Shown piece by piece: positions 26,916 through 39,968 of a DNA stretch of 64,000 nucleotides. The DNA lies in the NCBI GenBank assembly GCA_009914755.4, contig CP086569.2, positions 15,968,001 to 16,032,000 of the forward strand. Direction: 5' to 3'. Source of the DNA: the human T2T-CHM13v2.0 reference genome, Homo sapiens. Position 1 is the stretch's first letter, and each line of letters begins with the position of its first letter. The notes under the pieces were generated by a model, which was not told where the DNA came from, made no database searches, and saw nothing but the letters and a program-made list of their open reading frames with translations. Both the position numbers and the translations under genes were made by a program.

Positions 26916-27257
26916 AATTGTTCTTTTACATTTGCTGTACCTCATGTTCTACATCCTTGGGAAAAACATGTTTTTGTAACATATACTTATCAAATTTGTG
27001 ACCTCACAGCTGTGCTAGGAAGGTAAGCAGGAACTCACTGAGCCTCAAGGAATGTGAAACTGTAGAACACAGATAAGGCTCATTAAGCACAGAAGAGAAT
27101 TAGGCAGTTAATATTCTCTTCTAACTCAGGCTTCCTAGAGGGCTATATTACAGTTAGCTTTTTAAGGAAAAATAATACATTTATTGGTTATTATTCTTAC
27201 AAAATTTATTAATTCCCTCTTCATCCCCTCACCTTTGGTGCTTGCCATAAATGCAGA

Positions 27258-27743
27258 TTAATAAAGAGCACCACAATTATTTATTTCTTCTGATATAGGC
27301 ACATATTCTTCCTGAGGGACTGATTGGTATCTTTGCAGTGCCATCAGTTTGGTGGTAGTTGTTCGGTCTGCTATTGCTTCAATGGTGGACTGAAAGCTTC
27401 TGATGAGAAGAGGTAAAAGACAAGGTAGTATTAGGCATCCTCCAATTATGACTATAAAACCAATTATCAAAGTTTTAAAGCCTCCAAACCATGAGAACCA
27501 TCCTCCAAATATTGTATTTTAGCTCCCTCAAAACAAGGTCTGCAGTGGGACATGGGCTAGCTTCTGCCTTCTAGCAGTAAGTTCCACAACAGCTCTTCCA
27601 TTATCATCCATTTGTAAACAGCAGTTGGTCAAATTTATTTTGCCACAAACTCCTCCTTTGGAGACTAGGAGATAGTCTAATGCTAGGCTATTTTGGTATA
27701 TGGCATCTCTCATTTGGGTAGCTTGTATAGCTAACAGATCCAA
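27258..27743 (-). pseudogene. ERV env transmembrane (TM) subunit remnant: heptad repeat, C-X7-CC motif, membrane anchor, cytoplasmic tail
   Basis: Translations of ORFs 27528-27743(-) and 27258-27470(-). In-frame sequence upstream of 27743 reads '...[22 protein letters not shown]...' and then reaches a stop. Confidence 0.7.
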
Positions 27744-28386
27744 GTCTTGAGCTGTTTCATTGACTGTAATTTCTAGTAATGCTCACAGTCTTATAATTTA
27801 GTTCAGCATGTAAATAGGAGTATGGTAACCCCATCATCCATCTTGGGCCCATGTAATTGGCCCGTAATACCTTATAATTCTCTCAGGAGGCTATTCATTG
27901 TCTTTCCAATTACCTATTTCAATATATTTTCTTATGTTTGTGTTTATCTTCTCAGTGGGATTTATTTGGGTGAAGACATTCTTTCTGGTCCTCTTTATTT
28001 CCTTGTTATAGACTAGGCGACTTAAATTCTCCCCTGGCTTAAATGGGAGCAAGAAGAAGGATGGTCCTATTGTCCCTAACACACAGGCTGTGGTCCATTT
28101 TTCGAGCAAAAGTTGGTAGGCCTTCATCCCACAGATCAAGTATAGTCATGCTGTTGCTCTCCAAATATTTGGGGCATCTAGTTAATACCATAACTGAATT
28201 AATGTTGGAAATTGGGAGACAGGGTTCAAGTCTGGCACAGAGGAATTCTCTATATAGCTTCTCCACTGAGTCTTATTTTCTGATTCCTCGAAATATAGTT
28301 GACCTAAACAAGTTATATCTCCTACTTGAGTTTGAAAGTCTTTCCCCATCATGCTATGCAGTATCTTCCAATGATATTGTCAGTAG

Positions 28387-28718
<332 letters not shown>

Positions 28719-28786
28719 TTAAATTTTGTAGTGAATTCTCGTATAGTAAAGTTATCTTGTGGCATTAGTTCTCTGGCTTCCCAAGG

Positions 28787-29086
28787 CTATTGTTCACCTA
28801 TACTAGTACCTCCACATACATAACATGAGGTGACTCCAAGATTTGTAACTATACTTTTAGCTAGCTGATCAAATAGATTCTCAGCTGACATCAGAGGAAG
28901 CTGGATTTTTGGTTCCTTGGTGTCAAAATGCTTATTAAAAGACTTGAAAAACCTGAAATGTGGCATTGTATTGACTTTAACCTTAGCTCGTTGGGTCTTC
29001 TTAATAATGACCAATGGAATGCCACAATTTGCTCCTTCCCAATTAAAGCTTAGTGTACCTTGGTGTCCTTTAGTCCAAAAGGGCAT
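28787..29086 (-). pseudogene. Possible env SU fragment carrying a CxxC-type motif ('SCYVCGGT'). Weak.
   Basis: ORF 28787-29086(-) lies between the integrase and TM remnants and contains CYVC, reminiscent of the gamma-type SU CXXC motif. Confidence 0.3.
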
Positions 29087-29955
29087 GATTCACTTCAGTA
29101 TGGTCAGATTAAGGGGGTCACATGTTCTAGTTGCACAACCAACCTTCGCTTCTTGGCTGGCAAGCAAGGCTACTCTCTCTGTGTAAGGGTGTTCACTGAA
29201 CTCATGGGTAGTCCACTGATTGTTACAATCAGGGCATCCCTCTTCCATTTCTCCTGTTATGGCCTTGGTGGCCTTAATATTGACCCTTTCTTGCTCTAAG
29301 TTTTTGCAGACCACTCCTAAATTGTATAGGTTGCTGAGATGTGTAGCCTGACAAGCATCAAAAGATATAGAAACTGATCCTGTATGTGACTAAAGCTTTA
29401 GCCATGTGTGGACTCACCACCGTCCAGTGTGGTTGGAGCAGGACAGTCATCCTTTTCTGATGTGCCTTGGTCTTTCTGGAGGATCAGTCAAGTTGGATTA
29501 TCTGGATCTTGCTGACTCCTCCACCAGTCTGGGACTGGGGCTGCAGGTTTCAGTCAGCTATGATGGATCCAGGACATGATACCTGCAATTTTACAGAAGA
29601 AGGGGTAGATATGATCACAACATGGGGCCATCCCACAAGGGCCTGAGGGTGGTAGGGTTCCGATGTTTAACCCATACAGAGTCCCCAGGTTGAAAGAGGT
29701 GTACTGCCTCTGTGAGGCTAATAGGTATTCTCTCTCTTACTCACCCTTGTATTTCTTGTATTACTTCACCTAATGCCTGCATTTGTCTCCTTAGGGTTAG
29801 CTCTTCTATTTATTTTAAATCTCCTTTTATCTGAGCTATGAGTTGGGGGTGGTCATCCATATACTATCTCATAGGGTGAATGCCCAGTCAATTTAGTAGG
29901 GGTACACCTGACTCAGAGAAGGACAATGGGCAATACCTGATCCCACCTTAAATGA

Positions 29956-30284
<329 letters not shown>

Positions 30285-30600
30285 CAAAACTTCTTCAACA
30301 GTTGTTTTAGTGTTTGGTTCATCCTGTCAACTTTTCCAGAACTCTGTGGATGGTAGGCTGTATGTAGCTTCCATTTAATTTTAAATATTTGGGGTAGTCG
30401 CTGCACTACTTCTGCCACAAAAAAAAAGCTGGCCTGTTGTCCGATCTAAAGTTAGTGGTAGTCCAAATATAGGAATAATGTCCTTTATTAGTATTCTGGT
30501 TACTTCTTGACTATTCTTGTGAATAGTTTCTCATTATCATGACTTACAGTGATTTAATTATCAGTCTGATACCTTTTCTGTTGAAGTTGCCTTTTTGAAG
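30285..30600 (-). pseudogene. ERV pol integrase catalytic-core remnant
   Basis: Manual minus-strand translation: '...[72 protein letters not shown]'. This carries the second Asp (SDNRPAF) and the Glu ([10 protein letters not shown]) region of the DDE core. Confidence 0.7.
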
Positions 30601-30808
30601 CAAGAATTATTTTGAAGAGGTGGGTGGGGCAAAAGAGAGGTATTGATAACTCTTTAGAGGATGTTTATATGTTAAGTTTCTTGATTGTGATGATGGTTTC
30701 CTGGTTGTATATACTTATCAAAATTTATCAAATTATATGCTTTAAATGTGTGCAGTTTTTGTATGTCAATTATACTTCAATAAATCTGTTTTAAAAATGG
30801 GGCTTTGT

Positions 30809-31089
30809 TGGGCCATGTGTGGTGACTCACACCTGTAATGCCAGCACTTTGGGAGGCTGAGGTGGGGCCATCATGAGATTGGAAGATAGAGACCATCCTG
30901 GCCAACATGGTGAAAGCCCGTCTCTACTGAAAATACAAAATTTAGCTGGACATAGTGGCACAAGCCTGTAATCCCAGCTACTCAGGAGGCTGAGGCAGGA
31001 TAATCACTTAAACTGGGGAGTCAAAGGTTGCAGTAAGCTGAGATCATGCCACTGCACCCTGGCAACAGAATGAGAATCTATCTAAAAAA
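30809..31089 (+). mobile_element. Alu SINE with a 16-bp TSD 'aaaaatggggctttgt'
   Basis: 'gggccatgtgtggtgactcacacctgtaatgccagcactttgggaggctgaggtgggg...gcaccctggcaacagaatgagaatctatctaaaaaaaa', flanked by 'aaaaatggggctttgt' at 30792-30807 and 31088-31103. Confidence 0.9.
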
Positions 31090-31119
31090 AAATGGGGCTT
31101 TGTCATAACAGCAAACTAA

Positions 31120-31210
31120 AAATATGTGACAGTGGCATGTATAGCTATGTAACAAACCTGCACATTCTGCACATGTATCCCTGAACTTAAATAAAACAAA
31201 ATAAATCTAA
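31120..31210 (+). mobile_element. Short L1 3'-end fragment
   Basis: 'gtggcatgtatagctatgtaacaaacctgcacattctgcacatgtatccctgaacttaaataaaac'. Confidence 0.5.
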
Positions 31211-32969
31211 AAATGAGTTGGCTATAAGGCAAAAATATGAGTCCAGAGGTGCAAAGTCTTCATTCATCTTCTTAAATAGTGATATGGAGAAATAGAAATG
31301 TCAGGCTACAAATTCAATCACTGGTTATGGGTGTGAAAGAAAGAAGAGACATAGGAGGGACATAAATTATTAGAACCCAGGAATAATATACATGAAAAAT
31401 CAAGTATTTGGATTTAGCCACAGCTGTACTTGACCAAGAGAATCTGTAGTAGGGATTTCCCAAGCATAAAAAATTATTTATATTACCAGCACAAAGAATG
31501 AATAATTCCTCATGTTAATAAGTTCCCAAGCTTCAATATCTAATGTCTCTGTCTCTGCAGCAGAATCAGTTCTCTCAATGACCAAACATTTCCTCTCAAT
31601 AGAAAGTTGCAATGATCAGTCTTATTACACAGCAAACAAAGACATTGAAACTAACTCACAAAACATCTTGAGGCATTGATGGAAGAGTTGATCTACTGCA
31701 AAACCAAGTTGCCAACAATCACAGAGGAGAAGATACCAGCTCAGATCTGCACAGCTTAGCTTAACTCGCTCTCTCTCCCCTGAGCTCCTATGCTGTCCAT
31801 CTTTGCTTGCCTCATGATACTAATATTTTCAGTGGTTTGCATACTCTGAAAATTAAAAGATCATTCATACATCTGCCACCGTCATAGGTTCTTTGCCTCA
31901 GGTGTATGGCAAGTGAATATGCAGAGACACTGGGGTACAGTAGAGAAAGAGGTTTAATCAGAGAACCCCCCAAAACAAGATGGGAGGAAACCTCAAATCC
32001 ATCTCCCAGAGGAGTCTGGAGCTACAGTTTTCAAGGATTTCAAAGTGGGCCCAAGTGTGGACATCACTGATTGGTGGGAGAACGCAGGATGAACTCCCAA
32101 GACAGGAAGATGAAGAAGCTTTGTTCTCATGCCGATTGGATTCCTTTGTGGGGATCTTCAAACTGGTTGGCATCAGTTGTTTCACTGTAACTCTTTAGAA
32201 TTATGCTGGATCTGTGGAAGCAATTCTTAAACAAAACTCTTATGATTCTATCTATAGGATATATGATTCTATCCATTAGATTACTATAGATAGATAATGG
32301 TATCTACAGGAAAATGTGGATGCAAATTATCAGAATCTAGTTCTATGTGATTTCCATTTACAAAGAAGTGTGTAAAAAGCAGCCTGACTCATGCTTAATT
32401 ATAAATGTATTTCTGTCAAGAATTCTTGTGTACCCTGTGAGGACGGTTTCAGATGTACAGCTTTGCATTGTAGCAAATCCCATTTATCTGCCAATAATAT
32501 GAAGCAGAACAACCTATTATCCCACCCACTATCTCAACAGGCAAAAAGAATTGCCTTGTCATAGGAGACTTCTGCCAAAGAAATCACATATATATGCATA
32601 TATGTAAATGCTTAGGTATATGTATACATAAAATGTAAAATAAAAACCATATCAGGGTTTGCCTTATGGAGTAATAGTCTATTTTCCCTACTTTCTGAAT
32701 GTGAGGAAGGATCACACCTTGTTATCATCCATATGTGTAGGACCTCACCTGCTTCCTACTCCATAACGGGAACTTTGCAAGGTCTCTTACATGCATCTTG
32801 TAGTTTAGATATTGAAGGAACTTGGAAAGAAAGGCATTTTCTCCAGGCTACAGAGAAGGACCCTGAGACAGAGCTTCCATCCCAAGTGACAAACTTATTT
32901 CGTATTTTGCTTTAATTTATCCTCCATCACAATTTCATTTTTTTCTCATCACCCCCCTAAGGAAATTTT

Positions 32970-33260
32970 TAATTCTTAAGTATTTATTTATTTTAGTTTT
33001 TGAAAGAGACTCACTCTGTTCGCCAGGCTGGAGTGCACTGATGCAATCTTGGCTCACTACAACATCCACCTCCTAGGATGAGGCAATTCTCCTGCTTCAG
33101 CCTCCCAAGTAGCGGGACTTACAGGTGCCTGTCACCGTAACTGGCTATTTTTTGCATTTTTAGAAGAGACAGGGTTTCACCATGTTGGCCAGGCTGGTCT
33201 TGGACTCTTGGCCTCAAGTGATTTGCCTGCCTCAGCATCCCAAAGTGTTGGGATTATAGG
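32970..33260 (-). mobile_element. Alu SINE (reverse), old; first of a tandem pair
   Basis: 'gagactcactctgttcgccaggctggagtgcactgatgcaatcttggctcactacaacatccacctcc...gggtttcaccatgttggccaggctggtcttggactc...cccaaagtgttgggattatagg'. Confidence 0.85.
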
Positions 33261-33546
33261 TATTTATTTGTAAGACAATATCTGGCTCTGTCATCCATGC
33301 TGGAGTTCAGTGGTACAACCTCAACTCACTTCAACCTTTACTTCCCAGGCTCAGGTGATCCTCCCACTTCAACTTCCCCAGTAGCTGGGATAAAAGATTG
33401 CCATGACTGGATATTTTCTGTATTTTTTGTAGAGATGGGGTCTCACTATGTTGCCCAGCATTGCCTCAAACACCTGGCCTCAAGTGGTCTGCCCACCTTG
33501 CCTACCAAAATGCTGGGATTCCAGACATAAGCCCCCATGCCCAGCC
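33261..33546 (-). mobile_element. Alu SINE (reverse), old; second of the tandem pair
   Basis: 'atctggctctgtcatccatgctggagttcagtggtacaacctcaactcacttcaacc...gtagagatggggtctcactatgttgcccagc...caaaatgctgggattccagacataagcccccatgcccagcc'. Confidence 0.85.
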
Positions 33547-33881
33547 AAAAGCTCAACATTCTTTTTCTAATTGTCTATGCTCCAGTAAAATGTTAATACC
33601 ATGAGCATGCTGCAGGTCAATTTATGTACTGTATGTATGTCTGTGCTGTATATATCAACAAATAAGATGTTTCTTTCACCCCTCAACATTTCCACTATTA
33701 CCTCCACTTGACACCCTTTGCCAGTTGAAAATTCGTGATAAACTAGAGTGCACAGGGATCCAATCATACGATTCTGTTTGAATGCCAATGTTTTCCCTCT
33801 GGAAAATTTAAACTCTCCCAGTACAATCAAGGAGTAGAAGGAGTAATATTTGAGTAGGTAAAATATTTTTTCAGTCTTTTC

Positions 33882-34185
33882 AGGTGCACTGGCTCATGCC
33901 TATACTCCTAGCACTTTGGGAGGCTAAGGTGGGAGGATCACTTGAGCCCAGAATTTGAGACAAGCATGAGAAACATAGTGAGACTGTATCTCCACAAAAA
34001 TTTTAAAAATTAGCTGCATGTGGTGGTGCACACCTGTAGTCCCAGGTACTTGGAAGATGAGGTGGGAGTATCACTTGAGCCCAGGAATTTGAGACTGCGG
34101 TAAGTCAGCAGTGATCATACCTCTGCACTCCATCCTTGGCAACAGAGCAAGACCTGTCTCTAAAAAAGTAATAATAGTAATAATT
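33882..34185 (+). mobile_element. Alu SINE (AluJ-like)
   Basis: 'caggtgcactggctcatgcctatactcctagcactttgggaggctaaggtgggaggatcacttgagcccagaatttgagac...gctgcatgtggtggtgcacacctgtagtcccaggtacttggaagatgaggtgggag...gcactccatccttggcaacagagcaagacctgtctctaaaaaag'. Confidence 0.85.
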
Positions 34186-34956
34186 CTCCAATATTATGCC
34201 TAGCCTTATTATATCACAATAAAAATACTGCACAAAATGCGGAGTGAATATCTCTGATGAGGGATTAATTTTATTGCAGAATTGATCCTGAAACCTAACA
34301 TTAGTATAGTCAAGCCAACCCTGAAGATAACAGAAAGACAAAAGCAGGAAAAAAAAGTTGTAGAAAAGTAAACGTAGAACTACAAAATCTCAAACATAAT
34401 TCTTGCAGCAAGCAATATATGACATTCTAAACTATATACACACACATAAAGAAGAAAAAGCCACAAGTAAATATTAAGAAATGGTAAGAAGAGAAATAGT
34501 AAAAAATGTGATATATGCAGTGACATGCTTGTGAGTTAAATGAATTTAAAAATTAAAAAATAGATATTCAGGATTATATAGTTAGTTAAAATTGATCCAG
34601 AATGGTGTACAATCTGTAACCCTTTTTCTTGAAATAACATACAAAATGCTAGAGAAATAAAAACAAGCAAAAATTACGAACTTCACCAACTCAGGAAGCA
34701 GCTGGCTCAGATGATTCTGCAAGGAAAATCTACTAACTCTTTAAATAAAAGTTTATTCCAGTGCTTTTTTAAAGGTAGCAGAACCCTCAAAATGGCATAT
34801 GGGAATTTTGTGAAGTAGAAATGGAATAAACATCTGAGCAGGTCACATATATACAAGCATTTCACACACTCTCACCTGGAAAAGTAGACTTGCTCCATCA
34901 GTTTTTTAGAGTGTGGTCTTAAAACCCCCAACAAGGATGTAAAAGGTTTAAATTCC

Positions 34957-35640
34957 TCTCTCCTTGCCTGCCTTCCCCCAACCCCTGGTTCCATGCTTCT
35001 TCCTCTGTCCTTCCTTCTCTTTCCCTCCCTCCCTCTCTCCCTTTGTTTCTCTCCCTTTGTTTCTCTCCCTCCCTCTCTCTGGACTCCCTTCTTCTCCCTC
35101 CCTCTCCATGTGTCTCCATCTCTCCCTCTCTTCTTTTCTCTCCCTCTTCCTTTCTTTCTCTCTCTCTCCCTATCTCTCTGTCTCTCTTTCCCTCCTTTTC
35201 TTCCTCCTTCACCTCTGTCTCTCCCTCTCTCTCCTTTTGTTTCTTTCTCCCCTCCCTCTCTGTCTTTTTTCTCCCTTTCTCTTCCTCCCTCTCTCTCCCT
35301 TTCCATCTTTCTTTCTTACTCTATTTGTACCCTTCTTCCTCTTCTCTCTCACCCTTGTATCCGTTTTCCTTCCTTCCTTCTGGTCCTTCTCTCTCTCTTT
35401 GTCTCATTTTCTCTCTCTCTCTGTCTCTCTCCTTCTCTCCTTGCTTCCCTCTCTGTCTCTCCAACTCTCTCCCTCTGTTTTTCCCTCTCCCTCTGACTTC
35501 CTCCCTGTCTCTCCCCCTCTTCCTTCCTCTCCCTTCTTCTGTGTCTCTCACTCTCTCTCTCCCTCTGTGTCACTCTTTCCCTTTAATTTCTCTCTCTTCC
35601 TCTCCTCACCTTCTATCAGTTTTGCTTCTTATGCTTCATA
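34957..35640. repeat. ~680-bp polypyrimidine (top strand) / polypurine tract: imperfect (CT)n/(CCTCT)n/(TTCC)n low complexity
   Basis: Read directly: the top strand is almost exclusively C and T across the interval. This explains the stop-free artefactual ORFs 34964-35713 (249 aa), 35043-35663 and 34993-35496, and the Arg/Glu/Lys-rich antisense ORFs. Confidence 0.9.
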
Positions 35641-36534
35641 TATTTTTGGAGCTCAGTTATTAACTCCATATACATACAAACCCATATCCCTTCCTACCTA
35701 TACATCTCACTAATTTTTTTTCCAGTAAGAAATGGACTTCATCTTTATTAACAGTCATCCTCTTCATATCTACTCCAATGAGAGTAGCAGAACCACTCTG
35801 GCTTTCTTCTCTTCAGTGTCAGCATGGGAGAATTCTTCTACTTTAAGAAACTTCAGCTTGTATCTGTATAGTAAATACATCTTTAAAAGAAACAACATAA
35901 GGTGGGGCCATTCTTTTTAAAACCAACCTAGCAATCAGTCCTTTAATTTGAGCATTGATTCTGTCTTTGTGCAGTGCAATGTTTGCTATGATTGCCCTTA
36001 AATATTCCATCATTAATTTATTTTCAATTTGTCCCATTTGTTTCTTTATTCTCTTGTTCTCTCATATTCTTCTTTGTTGAGTAGACTTTACTATTTTATT
36101 TTAATTGTTTCAAAATATGTTTAGCTTTTTAAATTTTTTTCAGCAATAAATTCAGCAGTCATAATACCTATATTAGATTGTGAGTTAACCTTCAATGCAT
36201 TATGCAATTATATTGCATAAAGAAAACCATCTCATACATTAAATTGCTCTGGGTGAGTGGTTCTGGGTGAGTCAGTGGCTGAGCGGTTAGTTAATGTGAA
36301 GGTCTAGGATGTTACTGCAGAGGACTGTAGACTGAAAACACTGTGAACATAGGCCACACTAAGTTTATTAAAAATACATTTCTTCTTTCAATAATAAATG
36401 AAACACCTAACTGTAACCATTTTACTTTATACATTTTTTTATTTTTTTAACTTTTTGACCCCTTTACATAACATGTCTTAAAATGAAAACGCCAAGCATA
36501 TTTTTGTTTTTATATTTTTATTCTACAAGCTTCT

Positions 36535-36858
36535 CTCTCTTTTTTTTTTCTTGGTTTGTTTTAGAGACAGGATCTCCCTATATTGCCTACATTCTAGTAC
36601 AGTGGTGCAATCATGGCTTATTGCCGCCTTGAACTCCTGGGCACAAGCAATCCTCTACCATCAGCCTCCTGAGTAGCTGGGACTATAGGCACATACCACC
36701 ATGCCTATGTTGTCTGCCTGCCTAATTTTTAAATTTTATTTTACAGACACGGTCTCATTCCATTGCCAAGGATGGTCTTGAACTCCTGGCTTCAAGTGAT
36801 CCTCCCACCTCAGTCTCTCAGAGTGCTAAGATTATAGACATAAGCCACAGTGCCTGAC
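36535..36858 (-). mobile_element. Alu SINE (reverse), old
   Basis: 'ttttagagacaggatctccctatattgcc...gtacagtggtgcaatcatggcttattgccgccttgaactcctgggcacaagcaatcctc...gcctcctgagtagctgggactataggcacataccaccatgcc...acggtctcattccattgccaaggatggtcttgaactcctggcttcaagtgatcctcccacctcagtctctcagagtgctaagattatagacataagccacagtgcctgacc'. Confidence 0.85.
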
Positions 36859-37374
36859 CTACAAGTTTTTTCTGTTTTTAAATTATTTTTTTCCTTTAGT
36901 TACTCTGTAACCTTTTTTTAAAAAACTAAGACTCCAACACACATTAGCTTAGGCCCGCACAGGTCAGTATCATCAAGTCTTCAATAGAAAATAGGGATTT
37001 TTCAGCTACACAAAAGAGATAGTGTTTATTTCTGTGGACCTATGGGACAATGGTTGTTTATGTGGTTGGTCATTAGCTTAAATGTTATATGTGGTGCATA
37101 ATTGTATTTATAATATTTATTTTCAATAATTTATAATACTTATATGACTTTTTGTCCTGGAAGTCCAAAATGTAGGTCATCTCTAGATCTGTTGTTCTTT
37201 CAGGATAGTTAAGGTGTTTGATTATTACATGATTTCTTCATCTCTTTTTCGAAGTGGCTTCATCATTTTACATTCCCATTGGCAATATGTGAGTAATTCA
37301 GTTTCTTCACATGCCTGCTAACATTTGGTATTGTCACTTTCTTTTATTTTAGTCATTCTGAATAGGTGTGTGTA

Positions 37375-37752
37375 TGTCATGCACATCTGTGTGAAGCGAG
37401 TCCACCAACAGGCTTTGTGTGAGCAACAAGGTTGTTTATTTCACTTGGGAGCATGTGGACTGAGTTAGAGAAAGGAGTCAGCAAAGGGGGATGGGGTGGG
37501 CAGTTTCATAGGATTTAGGTAGGTAGTGGAAAATTACAGTCAAAAGGGGGTTGCTTTTTTGAAGGCAGGGGCAGGGGGTCACAAGGTGCTCAGCAGGAAG
37601 CATCTGAGACCCATTGTCCAGGAGAAGGAATTTCATAAGGTAATGTCATCAGTTAAGGCAGGAACTGACCATTTTCTCTTCTTTTGTGGTTCTTCAGTTG
37701 CCCTCAGGCCATCTGGATGTATACATGCAGGCTTGGGCTCAGAGGCCTGACA
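37375..37752 (-). mobile_element. 3' LTR (LTR7-like) of the provirus
   Basis: Plus-strand interval starts 'tgtcatgcac' and ends 'gcctgaca'. It contains a polyadenylation hexamer and a TATA-like box when read on the minus strand. Confidence 0.75.
37435..37440 (-). promoter_or_regulatory. AATAAA polyadenylation signal within the LTR R/U5 region ('GTGAAATAAACAACC')
   Basis: Plus-strand 'tttatt' at 37435-37440; the matching position in the 5' LTR is ~42213-42218. Its position is typical for LTR7-type LTRs. Confidence 0.5.
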
Positions 37753-39746
37753 TTCCTGTCTTCTTATATTAATAAGAAAAATAAAACAAAATGATGGTGA
37801 AGTATTGGGGTAATGAAAATTTTTGGGGGTGGTACAGAGAGATAATGGGTGATGTTTCTCAGGGCTATTTCAAGCGGGATTGGGGCAGAGTGGGAAATTA
37901 GAGTGGGAGAGATTAAACTGAAGAAAGATTTTGGGGTAAGGGGTGATATTATGGAGGTGTTAGAAGGAGCATTTGTCATGTAGAATGATTGATGATGGCC
38001 TGGATGCAGTTTTGTATGAATAGAGAAACTAAATGGAAGACACAAGGTCTGAAAAAGAGAAGGAGAAAAACAGGTATTAAAGGACTACGAATTGGGAGGA
38101 CCCAGGACATCCAATTACAGAGTGCCCAAGGGGGTTCAGCATAATTATTTGCTTGGTGTTTGGAGTAAGGAAAACTAGTGTGCACATATCTGTCCAATTA
38201 GCAGGTAGACACATGTAGATAGAGGATTCACAGAAGAAGAAGAGAACTTGTGCAAGGAAAAACTGGAAATGCAAAGTGAAAAGATAAGAAGGAGTACTAA
38301 AAGAGGTGTCTTGCACCCAGACTCTTTAGGGATCTAGTGAGGGCAGAATCCATTAGAGGTTGTAATGGGGATTGATGGGGCAACTGCATACAGGAAGAGG
38401 TGTGATTTTTATGGTGTATGAGAAAGCTTTGAGTGTCTATGCGCAACCTTTCACTGTTATTTACAGAGCTGGATATAAGCAAAGAAGAAGAGGGCCTGGG
38501 AGAAGAGTGAAAAGCAAGGGGAAGGTAGCGAACGATGGTGTTAAATACAGGGTAAATGTCTTTTTAAGCAATAATAACTGCTAGTGCTTTTAAGTTTGTC
38601 TGTATTGATAGAGGGCTTATTTGTAATATGGAGCTGGAAAGCCCTATTTTTTTCAGGAATGGGTGTAATTAGGCTTTACATATGAAGAGTGAAGGAGCAT
38701 AGAGAAGGTGCTACCCAGGGGAATTCCAGTGGGTCTTTGCCAAGAGATGCATAAGGGAACAGCCACAGGAATAGTAGTGTGTGTTGTGAGGGGTCCAATT
38801 ATAGGGGAATTAGAGTTAATATAAGGAGAAAGGTTTTTTAAGTAAGTGCGGAGAAGGGTGTCAGCTTGCTGATGTGAAATGTCTGGGGAGGTCTTGCTGG
38901 ATCTGTCTAGAAAGTAAAGAAGTTCTTCTGGAGGGTAAAGGTGAATGTTGTTAAAAAAAAAAAAGTTCAGAGATATAGGGAGAAAGGAGATGTTACCCAG
39001 TCTGTATGTAAGGCAGGGACAGCTGTGTAAGTGCAGGAAGAAAGGGAAATGCAAAGCCAACAATTGTTTGCTAAGGAGGGATTAGAAACAGCTAAGTGAA
39101 TGAGATTGATAGTGTAGTGGAGATAGCTGTGGAGAGGTAGAGGGTGGCATAAGAATTGCAATGAGAATAAGAATGAGTATAAAAGTAAAGAATAGGACTT
39201 CATCAAGGTGATTCATTGTCCAAGTGAAAGTGAAGAGAGCCTTGGATGAAGGGTGCAAAGTAATAGTAAAGGAAGCATGTTTGAGATGTAGAGGAGAATA
39301 ATGGCTTTTGGAGGGAAGTATTGAAGATAGAAGAATGCATAAGTTTGGTACCACGGGGTAGATAGGCAAGACAATTTAGTTGATAAGGCAAAGATCCTTG
39401 ACCAGACTGTAAGACTTGTCTGGTTTTTGGATGGGTAGGATAGGAGAGTTTTAAGGAAAGTTTGTAGGCTTTAAAAGGACATGTTGTAACAGGTGGATGA
39501 TAACAGGCTTTAACCCTTTTAAAGCCTGATGTGGACTGGGATAAGGGCAATTAGTTTTTAATGGATGATAAAAAGTACATGATCAGTTACTAAGCAGGGA
39601 GTAGAGGTGTCCCATACTTATGGATTAAGGTAGGGAGACACAAGGGGAGGATGTAAAGAGGCTTTGAACTGGGGAAAAGGGTGGCAATGAAGTGTGGCTG
39701 TAGCCCAGGAATAGTCAGGGAAGCAGATAATTTAGTTTAAATGTCT

Positions 39747-39968
39747 CTACTTAATAAGGGAGCTGGGAAGGTGGGGATAACTAAAAAGGAGTACATAAAA
39801 GAATGTTGTCCATGTTGGCACCAGAGTTGGAGTTTTAAGAGGCTTAGAAGCCTGACCATCAATAACCAAAACAGTTATGGAGGCAAGGGAAACAGGCCCT
39901 TGAAACGAAGGTAATGTGGAGTGGGTAGCCTCCATATTGATGAAGAAGGGGATGGACTTACCTTCCAC
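39747..39968 (-). pseudogene. ERV protease remnant with the active site mutated
   Basis: ORF translation 'SIPFFINMEATHSTLPSFQGPVSLASITVLVIDGQ' aligns with the gammaretroviral PR '[22 protein letters not shown]', with DTG changed to NME. Confidence 0.5.

Noticed and set aside
31550-31830. Plus-strand stretch with faint similarity to a retroviral TM heptad region ('..ALMEELIYCKTKLPTITEEKIPAQICTA')
   Set aside because: The resemblance is too weak and is interrupted by stops. It cannot be distinguished from chance without a profile search, so it is left unannotated.
34964-35713. 249-aa, 206-aa and 167-aa plus-strand ORFs, and Arg/Glu/Lys-rich minus-strand ORFs (34872-35306, 35321-35573)
   Set aside because: They lie wholly within the polypyrimidine tract. 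Proteins made only of S/L/P/F, or R/E/K/G on the opposite strand, are stop-free artefacts of low complexity and not genes.
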